Source: Anaerolineae bacterium | GTDB lineage: Bacteria > Chloroflexota > Anaerolineae > Anaerolineales > UBA4823 | Reading direction: 5' to 3' | NCBI GenBank assembly: GCA_003327455.1 | Contig: QOQU01000002.1 | Span: 231,963-295,962, forward strand | DNA: 64,000 bases | In this document: positions 48,219-56,675 of the stretch, piece after piece | How positions within the stretch are numbered: position 1 is the first letter of the stretch | Layout of the letters: every line of letters starts with the position of its first letter | Notes under the pieces: model-generated | Databases searched by the model: none | Seen by the model: the letters and a program-made list of their open reading frames with translations, nothing else | Told to the model about the DNA's origin: nothing | Program-made: the position numbers and the translations under genes

Positions 48219-50600
48219 ATGAAGGTCAAATCTATCGGATTAGAAAATCGGCTCAAAGCTGATGGTAGTCTGTCGAACACTCTTGCCTGGGACTGGACCT
48301 CGGTTTTACTCACATGGGTATTGATCTTAATCGTAACCAGGCGCTTGCTCGTCACCAATTGGACGGAAGACCTGTACATAATTGCTTATATTGCCAACCT
48401 GGCTTATATCTTTGGCCTGGCTTTGGGAGCAAGCCATTTCAAGCGCTTGACTGTTGCTTTTCTTTCATTCGTTTATGGTGTTTTCTTCGTGGGCTGGCAA
48501 TTGGGTTTACTGCAAAGCTCTGCTCAGCTTTGGAGCGAAAAACTCTCGACGATCTTTATCCGTCTGTCGCTCATTATTCAACGCCTCTCCGAACGCCAGG
48601 CTGTATATGACAATCTCTTATTCTTGCTGGTAATGATGATCCTTTATTGGATCATTGGGCTGAACACCGCCTATAGTCTTATGCGATCCAGAGACGGTTT
48701 GCGTCTTCTTATCCCTCTATTCATCGCCATAATCTTGATCCACACCTACGATCCACTCGTTCCGGGCCGCAATGCATATCTCTATTTATTTTCCTTTGTG
48801 GCACTAATGTTAATTAGCCGCCTTTATTATCTCCAACAAAAAGAGCATTGGAGCAAAAAACGATTTTACATTCCTCCCCAACTATCTGCCGATGCATTTC
48901 AATTCACTTTGGGGTGTGTACTTGTCCTGGTGACCATCTCCTTAATCCTTCCCTCGAACCGCAACCAATTAGATTTCATCGTACGTGCCTGGGAAAAGCT
49001 GAAAGAACCTTTTGCTTCCCTACGTCAGGACTTCGAAAACGCATTCTCATCTTTGAGGGTAACCATTCAAACCCAACCCGAGCTCTATGAACGAACCCTA
49101 AATCTTGGACGTGGGAATGAACTCAGCGAGGAAGAGATCTTCACCGCTATTGCCTCGGCAAGGCTTCCAGAACAAACCCGCATCTACTGGCGATCGCGAG
49201 TGTATGACCAATATGAAAACGGACAGTGGACGTTATCCAACTTCTCAACTCGTGAATATGAGGCGAATTCTTTTGAAGTGGAAATGCCTTCCTTTCCTGA
49301 TCGTCCTTCTCGTCTACAATCCTTTTCCATTTATCTTAATCAACCACTGGCAACATTAATTCTCCCCGCCCAACCCTATTGGACGAATATAGCAGTGCAA
49401 CTTGAGTATGTGGATAACCCAGATGGAACGGTAGATTTACTGGCTTTTCGCTCGCCTGATCCGCTGCCGGTTGGGAAAGCCTATAACGCCCGCGCTTCCC
49501 CCAGCACAATATCCATCCAACAACTCCGCGAAGCCGGTGAAGAATACCCTGCCTGGGTTGCTGACAGGTATCTCAATCTTCCCGATACGCTCACCAGGCG
49601 CACCAGAGACCTTGCCCTGGAAATAACCCAAGATCTACTAACGCCCTACGACAAAGTCATCGCAATTACCGAATACTTACGCACTCATATTACTTATGTC
49701 GAAACCATCGAAGAACTCCCAGCCAGTCAAGAGTTAATTGACTGGTTCTTGTTCGATTATAAAAAGGGCTTTTGCAACTATTATGCAACCGCTGAAGTAC
49801 TCCTGTTGCGTAGCATCGGCATCCCTGCCAGGCTAGCTGTTGGCTTTGCCGAGGGCACGATGGAAGATCTCCAAACAGCAAATGTCTATGTCGTTCGCCA
49901 ACGCGATGCGCACGCCTGGCCAGAAGTATTCTTTCCAAATATCGGTTGGATCGAATTCGAACCCACCAGTTCTCAACCGGCCATTTCATACCTCCAAGAG
50001 CTTGAAAAGAATGAATCGCAGGCCGAAGATACCACGTCAGAAATCAATCCTCAGGAAATTTATCAAAGACTACAGGAGGAGAAGGGGAATCAACCAGGCG
50101 TCTCTGCTCCCCCTTCAAACAGATTTCCTTTTCTAATCCTGACAATAATACTATTCCTCGTTCTCATATCATTATTGATTTGGATTAAGTTTAATCCCCA
50201 AAAAGTCTCTAAAGCCTACCGTCAACTTCCTGACGTTCTGGAAAACGGCATCCGATCGCTGGGCTTTTCACCTCCAATGATCCTGGTTCAATGGAATCAA
50301 AGCGTAAAACTCTCCCCTATAGAAAAATCCTATCAGCGCATCAACAGTGCCCTGAAGATATTAGGCTGTCCACCTCCTATTCATTACACTCCTTCTGAAC
50401 GCGCTTCAACGCTTCTCAAAGTGCTTCCAGAAGCTGAGCCTGAGATCAACCAACTGCTCGCGCATTATCAGGATATGCTATATGGAAAAGGGGAGACAAA
50501 CCAGGTTGAAACAAAGCAACTCGAACATACGATTTTACGCTTCGCCTGGCAAAAACGGCTTCGTTTCGCGTTGATGAAACTATTCGGCAGGACAGAATAG
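48219..50600 (+). CDS. Transglutaminase-like domain membrane protein (TgpA-like architecture)
   Basis: The N-terminus has multiple TM helices. The central transglutaminase core carries the Cys-His-Asp triad context (KKGFCNYYATAEVLLLRSIGIPARLAVGF...RDAHAWPEVFF). A TM helix lies near the C-terminus. Confidence 0.85.
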   Translation: MKVKSIGLENRLKADGSLSNTLAWDWTSVLLTWVLILIVTRRLLVTNWTEDLYIIAYIANLAYIFGLALGASHFKRLTVAFLSFVYGVFFVGWQLGLLQSSAQLWSEKLSTIFIRLSLIIQRLSERQAVYDNLLFLLVMMILYWIIGLNTAYSLMRSRDGLRLLIPLFIAIILIHTYDPLVPGRNAYLYLFSFVALMLISRLYYLQQKEHWSKKRFYIPPQLSADAFQFTLGCVLVLVTISLILPSNRNQLDFIVRAWEKLKEPFASLRQDFENAFSSLRVTIQTQPELYERTLNLGRGNELSEEEIFTAIASARLPEQTRIYWRSRVYDQYENGQWTLSNFSTREYEANSFEVEMPSFPDRPSRLQSFSIYLNQPLATLILPAQPYWTNIAVQLEYVDNPDGTVDLLAFRSPDPLPVGKAYNARASPSTISIQQLREAGEEYPAWVADRYLNLPDTLTRRTRDLALEITQDLLTPYDKVIAITEYLRTHITYVETIEELPASQELIDWFLFDYKKGFCNYYATAEVLLLRSIGIPARLAVGFAEGTMEDLQTANVYVVRQRDAHAWPEVFFPNIGWIEFEPTSSQPAISYLQELEKNESQAEDTTSEINPQEIYQRLQEEKGNQPGVSAPPSNRFPFLILTIILFLVLISLLIWIKFNPQKVSKAYRQLPDVLENGIRSLGFSPPMILVQWNQSVKLSPIEKSYQRINSALKILGCPPPIHYTPSERASTLLKVLPEAEPEINQLLAHYQDMLYGKGETNQVETKQLEHTILRFAWQKRLRFALMKLFGRTE

Positions 50601-51566
50601 CTTCTCATACTGTTGAGCAAAGATTGCCGGTGTGCCCCCAGTATGCCAGAAAAGCACAGACGCATCGGAGGAGATGATTCCTCGCTTAACCAGGTCAATC
50701 AAGCCCGCAGCTGCCCGACCCGTATAAACCGGGTCTAAAAGAATCCCCTCAGAATCGGCAAATTCGCGCACTGCCTGGATATCTGCTTCCGTCGGAATAC
50801 CATATCCCTTGCCGCGGTACGAATCTTCTACCAGGATTTCAGCACGATGGAACGATAGCGGAAACGAATAGGCATCGATTGTCTCAGCGATAAGCTGATA
50901 AATCTTCTCTTGAAGTTCTTCGGCATTCAGGTCAACGCTAATACCCAGGATGCGCGTAGAAATTCCGCCAATTTTACTGCCCAGGAGCATGCCCGTTTGC
51001 GTACCTCCGGAAGAAGAAGGGAAAATCACCCAATCCACCTCTACTCCTTGTTCCTTGAGCTCTAGCATTGCCTGAGCATAGGCTAACGCCCCCAGCGAAT
51101 TCGAGCCACCATACGGAATAAGATACGGCCGCTTGCCACTACTCCAAAGACTTAGGAACACTTCGTGGATCGTAGCTTCGCGTTGCTCCTTTTGACACCA
51201 TATGAGCTCTGCTCCGAACAAATGATCGAGAAGAAGGTTACCGCTGTACCGCTCAGGAGGCTCACCGGTTAATACCAGCACACATTCAAGCCCAAATTTC
51301 GCCGCCGCAGCTGCAGTTTGACGACAGTGATTGGATTGTGGCGCTCCAGTCGTTATCAATGTTTTTGCACCATTGGCAAGAGCAGCAGCTATTAAGTATT
51401 CCAATTTCCGGGTTTTGTTTCCACCAAATGCCAGTCCGGTTAAATCATCCCGCTTGATCCACAACTCTCTCAGCCCGATTTTCGCTGCCAGGCGGGTTAG
51501 TTTTTCAACTGGTGTAGGCAAATAGGCGATTTTCATCCGTGGTATAGTAGATAGGTAAGTGTTCAT
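50580..51566 (-). CDS. PLP-dependent D-cysteine desulfhydrase / ACC deaminase family protein
   Basis: Contains LPTPVEKL...KRDDLTGLAFGGNKTRKLEYL, which includes the PLP lysine context, and the fold-type II layout. The start overlaps the upstream FemAB stop (ATGA). Confidence 0.85.
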   Translation of the reverse strand: MNTYLSTIPRMKIAYLPTPVEKLTRLAAKIGLRELWIKRDDLTGLAFGGNKTRKLEYLIAAALANGAKTLITTGAPQSNHCRQTAAAAAKFGLECVLVLTGEPPERYSGNLLLDHLFGAELIWCQKEQREATIHEVFLSLWSSGKRPYLIPYGGSNSLGALAYAQAMLELKEQGVEVDWVIFPSSSGGTQTGMLLGSKIGGISTRILGISVDLNAEELQEKIYQLIAETIDAYSFPLSFHRAEILVEDSYRGKGYGIPTEADIQAVREFADSEGILLDPVYTGRAAAGLIDLVKRGIISSDASVLFWHTGGTPAIFAQQYEKLFCPAE

Positions 51567-52741
51567 GAACTTATCCTCCTTTGCATGCGCAAAAAGCCCA
51601 GATATTTTGGTAAGATTTCGTGATAGAGACGGTATTTCCAGGGTGATACCACATAATCCCAGGCACCGATATGTTGGACGGTCTCGCCACCAAACCCGAC
51701 TTTAAAACGGTACACTCCATACATGGCATCCGACTCATCAAAACGATCCGGTGCTCCCCATAGATCATACTCCCTTACGCCAATCTGGCGTAAAAATTGA
51801 ATCGCCCGCCAGTGTAAGAGATAATTAGGCATTTTTTCCCGATGTTGATCGCTAGACATCCCATACATATACCAGGCTTTATCTCGAAAAATAAATAGCA
51901 CTAGAGCCGCAACCGCTTCTCCAGCGTATTCTGCAATCAGAATCTGCGCAAAAGGGTTCTTCAAGTCACCAGGATTTCGATCCTCTCTCAATCCTGATTG
52001 ACGATAACTTAAAAATGTCTGCCAGGCTGTCAAATAATAATCTTCGCTTCGAATTAGAAATCCATCCCGCTGGCTGGTTTCAGCGTACAGCCGATAAAGC
52101 ATCGGGAGATCATCAATATTCCCTTCACGTACCTGAACTCCTTTCCGTTCAGCCAGGCGGATGTTATAACGGGTCTTCTGTTTCATTCGCCGAAGCAGCT
52201 CGTCTTCGGTCAATTCCAGATTCAAGACCACCGTATTGCGAAATTGCACCTGTTCGCGCGAAAACGTCCATCCTCGCGCTCTAAGCGTGCGGACGGTTTG
52301 TTTACCATAACAAGCATCATTGTAATAAGCAGATGCTATATCGATTCTTTGCCCTGATGGCTCATTTTTTACCCAATCCTCACCCGCTTCGCCTCGCCCA
52401 TAGACAACATCTGGATCGATTTTTACCAATATCGCCTTTTCTTCTCTCGCCAGCTTCTCTAAATTTTGTAAACCCTTCTCAACCAAAGCGCGATCTTGCC
52501 AACTTTTTATCAGAGGTCCTTTGGGTACATAGAGCAGACTTCCCCAATTGCCAAAGATTGGCAGAGGCATCTTTCGTTTTAATACAAGGGCAGCTCCCCA
52601 GAGCTCCTGGCCATCTTTCCACACATTCGGAATCATCTCCCAGCCAAATCGTTGCTTAACCGAACCCCATTGCCAGGTTTGTAGAACATGGGTAATTGGA
52701 AAAGAGCTTACAATTTGATTCCACTCTTCAGCGTTTATCAT
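51563..52741 (-). CDS. FemAB-family (aminoacyl-tRNA-dependent) peptidyl/aminoacyl transferase, paralog 2
   Basis: FemAB/MurM-like motifs are present: VLQTWQWG, MKQKTRYNIRLAERKGVQV, DLWGAPD and GVYRFKVGFGG. It is 392 aa and carries insertions relative to paralog 1. Confidence 0.85.
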   Translation of the reverse strand: MINAEEWNQIVSSFPITHVLQTWQWGSVKQRFGWEMIPNVWKDGQELWGAALVLKRKMPLPIFGNWGSLLYVPKGPLIKSWQDRALVEKGLQNLEKLAREEKAILVKIDPDVVYGRGEAGEDWVKNEPSGQRIDIASAYYNDACYGKQTVRTLRARGWTFSREQVQFRNTVVLNLELTEDELLRRMKQKTRYNIRLAERKGVQVREGNIDDLPMLYRLYAETSQRDGFLIRSEDYYLTAWQTFLSYRQSGLREDRNPGDLKNPFAQILIAEYAGEAVAALVLFIFRDKAWYMYGMSSDQHREKMPNYLLHWRAIQFLRQIGVREYDLWGAPDRFDESDAMYGVYRFKVGFGGETVQHIGAWDYVVSPWKYRLYHEILPKYLGFLRMQRRISS

Positions 52742-53775
52742 GAACGGAAGCCTGCTCGCCTGGTGTAGATCTTATACAATTCATAAATCAGCGGAGAAAC
52801 CACGAAATCATACGGACCTGCATAGCGAACTACTTGCCCGCCAAAACCGCGCTTAAAGCGATATACACCCCATAATCCCCCCGTACGCTGTCCAAAGTGC
52901 GTTTCTAATACGGTTTCGTCATAATCTGGAACTCCCCACAAATCATAAACCGTACACTCTCGTTCTCTTGCCCATTGGATTGCCTTCCAATGAAGCAAAT
53001 ACGGAGCCATCACCTCGCGGTGATCATCGAGCGAGGCGCCATAGAGATAAAAGGCGCGGTTGCCATGCATAAACGCCATTAAGCCCGCTATCGGACGACC
53101 CTGAAAAACTGCAATAAAAAGTTTCGCCTGCCCTTGCTCTTCAAATAGACAATACACATGCTTGTAATAATCCCTGGCATGAATCCCAAACCCGTCTCTT
53201 TTCCCTGTTATCAGCATCATTTGATAAAACAAATCAATGTCGTTACTCTGTTCAACTTGAACCCCTTTTCGTTCAGCAAGCCGTATGTTATAGCGCGTTT
53301 TCTGTTTCATGCGCGAGAGAATTTGGGTCTCATCTGAACTGATATCAACCAGAATTGTCCGCAGTGGTTGAATTGCATGAGAGCCAAGCTGAAATCCCTG
53401 CGGACAGTCTTGCGAGTTGACTTGCCCACCCAAGAGAACATCTGGCTCGATTTTTATAAAAGCCACACCTCTCTCAGAGCAAAACGCTTTCAATTGCGTG
53501 CGGATCGACTGGCTAAACCCATCCGCATTCTTTCTTGACAGCCATTGTTCAATTTGACTTTCAAAGCCAACCGGTCCCTTTGGAATGTAACCGAAGCGAA
53601 ACCCTCCCAAGACGTTCTTTACCAGAACTTGTGCACCCCACCCTTGATCAAACAGGTGATAGACCTCCCAACCAAATTGCTCCTTCACTTTTCCCCATGC
53701 ACTGCTCTGCAAGAGATGGACATTTGGGAACTGTGCTAAGAAATCGTCCCACTGAGCGTAATCTTTATGATACAT
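52738..53775 (-). CDS. FemAB-family (aminoacyl-tRNA-dependent) peptidyl/aminoacyl transferase, paralog 1
   Basis: Contains LLQSSAWG, MKQKTRYNIRLAERKGVQV (a 19-aa stretch identical to paralog 2), DLWGVPD and GVYRFKRGFGG. Confidence 0.85.
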   Translation of the reverse strand: MYHKDYAQWDDFLAQFPNVHLLQSSAWGKVKEQFGWEVYHLFDQGWGAQVLVKNVLGGFRFGYIPKGPVGFESQIEQWLSRKNADGFSQSIRTQLKAFCSERGVAFIKIEPDVLLGGQVNSQDCPQGFQLGSHAIQPLRTILVDISSDETQILSRMKQKTRYNIRLAERKGVQVEQSNDIDLFYQMMLITGKRDGFGIHARDYYKHVYCLFEEQGQAKLFIAVFQGRPIAGLMAFMHGNRAFYLYGASLDDHREVMAPYLLHWKAIQWARERECTVYDLWGVPDYDETVLETHFGQRTGGLWGVYRFKRGFGGQVVRYAGPYDFVVSPLIYELYKIYTRRAGFRS

Positions 53776-53789
53776 GGAACCAACAACGG

Positions 53790-55226
53790 TCAGCGTCCCT
53801 TCAAACCGAGGACTGTTGAAGGAGTGCGGAGTAAGATGAGCAGATCAATCAAAAGATTACGGTTCTTGATATAGTACAAATCATATTCTAATTTCACCGT
53901 CGTTTCTTCAATTGAAGCAGCATAGCCATAATTAATCTGCGCCCACCCGGTCAATCCAGGTTTAACAAGCAACCGAGCGCGATAAAACGGTACTCGTTTC
54001 TCAAAGTATTCAACCAATTCCAGCCTTTCGGCGCGCGGACCTACCAGGCTCATTTCTCCTCGCAAGACGTTGATAAATTGAGGCAATTCGTCCAGGTGAG
54101 ATTTTCGCAAGAAGCGTCCAACCCGTGTTGCGCGTTGATCGTTTTCCTGCGCCCAGCGTGGTTTGCCATCCGCCTCGGCATCGCGTCGCATGGTTCGATA
54201 CTTAATAAGCGGATACGGTTTTGCCATCTTTCCTAAACGACTCTGGATGTAGAAGATTGGCAAACCATCATCAATGAGTATCGCTAACGCGATAAAGGGA
54301 AACGTTACTAAAAAGATCATCACCCCAATCAGGCTACCCAAAATATCGAACAAGCGCTTGAGAAGATCATCGAAAATACTGATGGATGTTTCATCAACGA
54401 AAGAGCGCAAAACCCAATCCGCCTCCAGAATTCGAATTGGCACTCTACCTAATAAACGTTCATACATTTTCGGCATTCGGGTGATTTCAACCCCGCTTTC
54501 TTGAGCTGTTATCAACGCCTGAAACATACTGCTGTTCAACGGACCTGAGATCGCAACAATAATATCGGATATATCATGTTTCTTGATGATATCAATTAAC
54601 TCATCGCTTGCTCCGAGAACCGGTATCCCCAGAATGTCCTTACCCTGCTTTTCTGGATCATCATCAACCACGCCAACAATCACAAAAGGCGGTGGAGCGA
54701 TAGACTTATAAACCTCAATCATCAAAGTACCCGCATTCCCACCGCCAACGACGAGTACCCGGCGCATAAACTGCGGCAGTGTGAATATGCGGATGTAAAC
54801 CCACCGCCAAAAGAGAGTCAAGAGAGAGGCTGAGACAAGGAAAGTTGCTACACCTCGGCGTGGCAACAAGGCACGGGGAGAATTGGCATAATAGAAAAAT
54901 AATACAAGATAAGCAACAAAGCCCACTACCGCAGCCGTTGCAATTCCCTTGATGGTAGCACGCCAGTCCGAGGCGCGGTACAAATCATACAACTCAATCA
55001 ACAAGAGCATCCAGATTAATGGAATCAGCCAAAACCACCATGGAACTCTACGCTGAATAAATTCAACCGAGAATCCCAAAAAACGCTCACTCAAAGCCCA
55101 AAAATACAATGCTGCCAGGAACGAAATTGAAGCAGCGATAAAATCCCCTAATAAGAGTAGGGTGCGGCGTTCGTAGAATCGCAGCCGCCAGGGACGCGAT
55201 GGGATTTCTGCGCGTTCATTTGCCAT
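53790..55226 (-). CDS. Polyprenyl-phosphate glycosyl-1-phosphate transferase (WbaP/EpsB-type exopolysaccharide initiating sugar transferase)
   Basis: N-terminal TM helices and a Rossmann-like central region are followed by the C-terminal bacterial sugar transferase motifs (KRLFDILGSLIG..., DELPQFINVLRGEMSLVGPR, PGLTGWAQ). Confidence 0.88.
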   Translation of the reverse strand: MANERAEIPSRPWRLRFYERRTLLLLGDFIAASISFLAALYFWALSERFLGFSVEFIQRRVPWWFWLIPLIWMLLLIELYDLYRASDWRATIKGIATAAVVGFVAYLVLFFYYANSPRALLPRRGVATFLVSASLLTLFWRWVYIRIFTLPQFMRRVLVVGGGNAGTLMIEVYKSIAPPPFVIVGVVDDDPEKQGKDILGIPVLGASDELIDIIKKHDISDIIVAISGPLNSSMFQALITAQESGVEITRMPKMYERLLGRVPIRILEADWVLRSFVDETSISIFDDLLKRLFDILGSLIGVMIFLVTFPFIALAILIDDGLPIFYIQSRLGKMAKPYPLIKYRTMRRDAEADGKPRWAQENDQRATRVGRFLRKSHLDELPQFINVLRGEMSLVGPRAERLELVEYFEKRVPFYRARLLVKPGLTGWAQINYGYAASIEETTVKLEYDLYYIKNRNLLIDLLILLRTPSTVLGLKGR

Positions 55227-56214
55227 TAGCAGTTACTATACTCCATAAAAAAGCAATTCCCCAAACCAGATGCATGGTTGCCATGCTCAAAGGCAAGCCA
55301 ACGAACAGATAGCCTTTCTTTTGCCTTAATGCCTGATGGAAACCAATACTCAATAAAACCAGAAGATAAGAACCAACCACAAAGAGAAGTAGATATCTTG
55401 CCAGGGACATAAACGGTGATAGGAATAGGAGAATCAAAAGAGATAACACGAATAGCGGTGGTAACAACTGACGCCATCGAAGTGTTTTTGGGTAGATCTG
55501 CAACATTCTTGCTTTCCAGTATCCATACCGCCAATATTGTCTGGCTAACTCAACCAGATTTTTGCGCGCAAAATATTTCGTTCGGATTGCTGGATCAAAC
55601 CAGATTTTACCGCCATTCAACCGAATGCGGGTGTTGAATTCATAATCTTCGTTTGTGAGCAAATTTTCATTGAATTTACCAATGCGTTCAAACAGGCTTT
55701 TCCAAAACGCACCAAAAGGAACAGTATCCACATATTGGGCCTCTCCTCCCACCCGATAGCGAGCATCTCCTGCCCCAAGGGGATGAGCAGCCGCCACAGC
55801 AATCGAACGCGCTATCCAAGTTTGAGCGCTGGCTTCAATTTCCCACAGTCCACCCACATTTTCTGCCAGTTTCTGCTCTAATGCCGCAACACATTTCTCA
55901 ATGTAATCTTCTTGGGGAAGGGAGTGCGCATCCAGACGAACAATGATTTCCCCTTGAGCGGCATCAATGGCACGATTGAGCGCTTTCGGAATGATCCGCT
56001 CAGGATTATCTATAACCCGAATAGCCAGATCGGGGTGATCGGCGATAAAAGTTTGAATCACCTGACGAGTATTGTCACTGGACATCCCATCCGCAACGAC
56101 CACCTCAATCCGTTGAAGCGGATACGATTGGTGATAAATTGCTGTTAACAACGAGGCTATTGTCTCTTGCTCGTTGTAACAAGGGATAATAATAGAGACA
56201 ATCGGCTTGGTCAA
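55216..56214 (-). CDS. Family 2 glycosyltransferase with C-terminal TM helices
   Basis: Contains VSIIIPCYNE, the DGMSSD and RLDAHS (DxD/DxH-like) motifs, and two or three C-terminal TM helices. It uses a TTG start. Confidence 0.85.
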   Translation of the reverse strand: MTKPIVSIIIPCYNEQETIASLLTAIYHQSYPLQRIEVVVADGMSSDNTRQVIQTFIADHPDLAIRVIDNPERIIPKALNRAIDAAQGEIIVRLDAHSLPQEDYIEKCVAALEQKLAENVGGLWEIEASAQTWIARSIAVAAAHPLGAGDARYRVGGEAQYVDTVPFGAFWKSLFERIGKFNENLLTNEDYEFNTRIRLNGGKIWFDPAIRTKYFARKNLVELARQYWRYGYWKARMLQIYPKTLRWRQLLPPLFVLSLLILLFLSPFMSLARYLLLFVVGSYLLVLLSIGFHQALRQKKGYLFVGLPLSMATMHLVWGIAFLWSIVTANGK

Positions 56215-56253
56215 TTCAGGGTTGATTATACCCGGTATTGACAGCTAGATTAG

Positions 56254-56637
56254 TTATCGAAACGCAATTGCTTCTATCTCAACTGCTGCATTTTTAGGCA
56301 AGGCGGCAGCTTGAACAGTTGTTCGAGCCGGGTAATTTTGTGGGAAAAATTCTCCGTACACCGCATTCATCTGGCCAAAATCTGCCATATCCCGGAGATA
56401 GACGGTAGTTTTAACCACATTTTCTAAACGCGAACCGGCTGCTTCAAGAATATTCTTGATGTTTGTCAAAGCCTGGCGTGTTTCCGCTTGAATGCCACCG
56501 GCAACGATTTCCCCGCTTTTTGGGTCAATCCCCAATTGTCCTGCCGTGAAGATCAGGTTTCCTATCGCTACACCCATCGAGTAGGGTCCAATTGGTGTCG
56601 GAGCTTTTTCAGTTTGGACAATGTTTTTTTCTGTCAT
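56254..56637 (-). CDS. ridA: RidA/YjgF-family reactive intermediate (enamine/imine) deaminase
   Basis: Contains APTPIGPYSMGV...FTAGQLGIDP...VKTTVYLRDMADFGQMNAVY...PARTTVQAAALPKNAAVEIEAIA. Confidence 0.9.
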   Translation of the reverse strand: MTEKNIVQTEKAPTPIGPYSMGVAIGNLIFTAGQLGIDPKSGEIVAGGIQAETRQALTNIKNILEAAGSRLENVVKTTVYLRDMADFGQMNAVYGEFFPQNYPARTTVQAAALPKNAAVEIEAIAFR

Positions 56638-56675
56638 GCATCATTCTCCTTATGGATTGTTATCTCTTGCCATTT

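Noticed and set aside
56215-56253. TATAAT (56225-56230, minus strand) as an internal promoter for the GT2 gene
   Set aside because: There is no acceptable -35 element. It would also yield a near-leaderless mRNA that begins with a TTG codon, which is a poor leaderless start. The site remains possible but is not supported.
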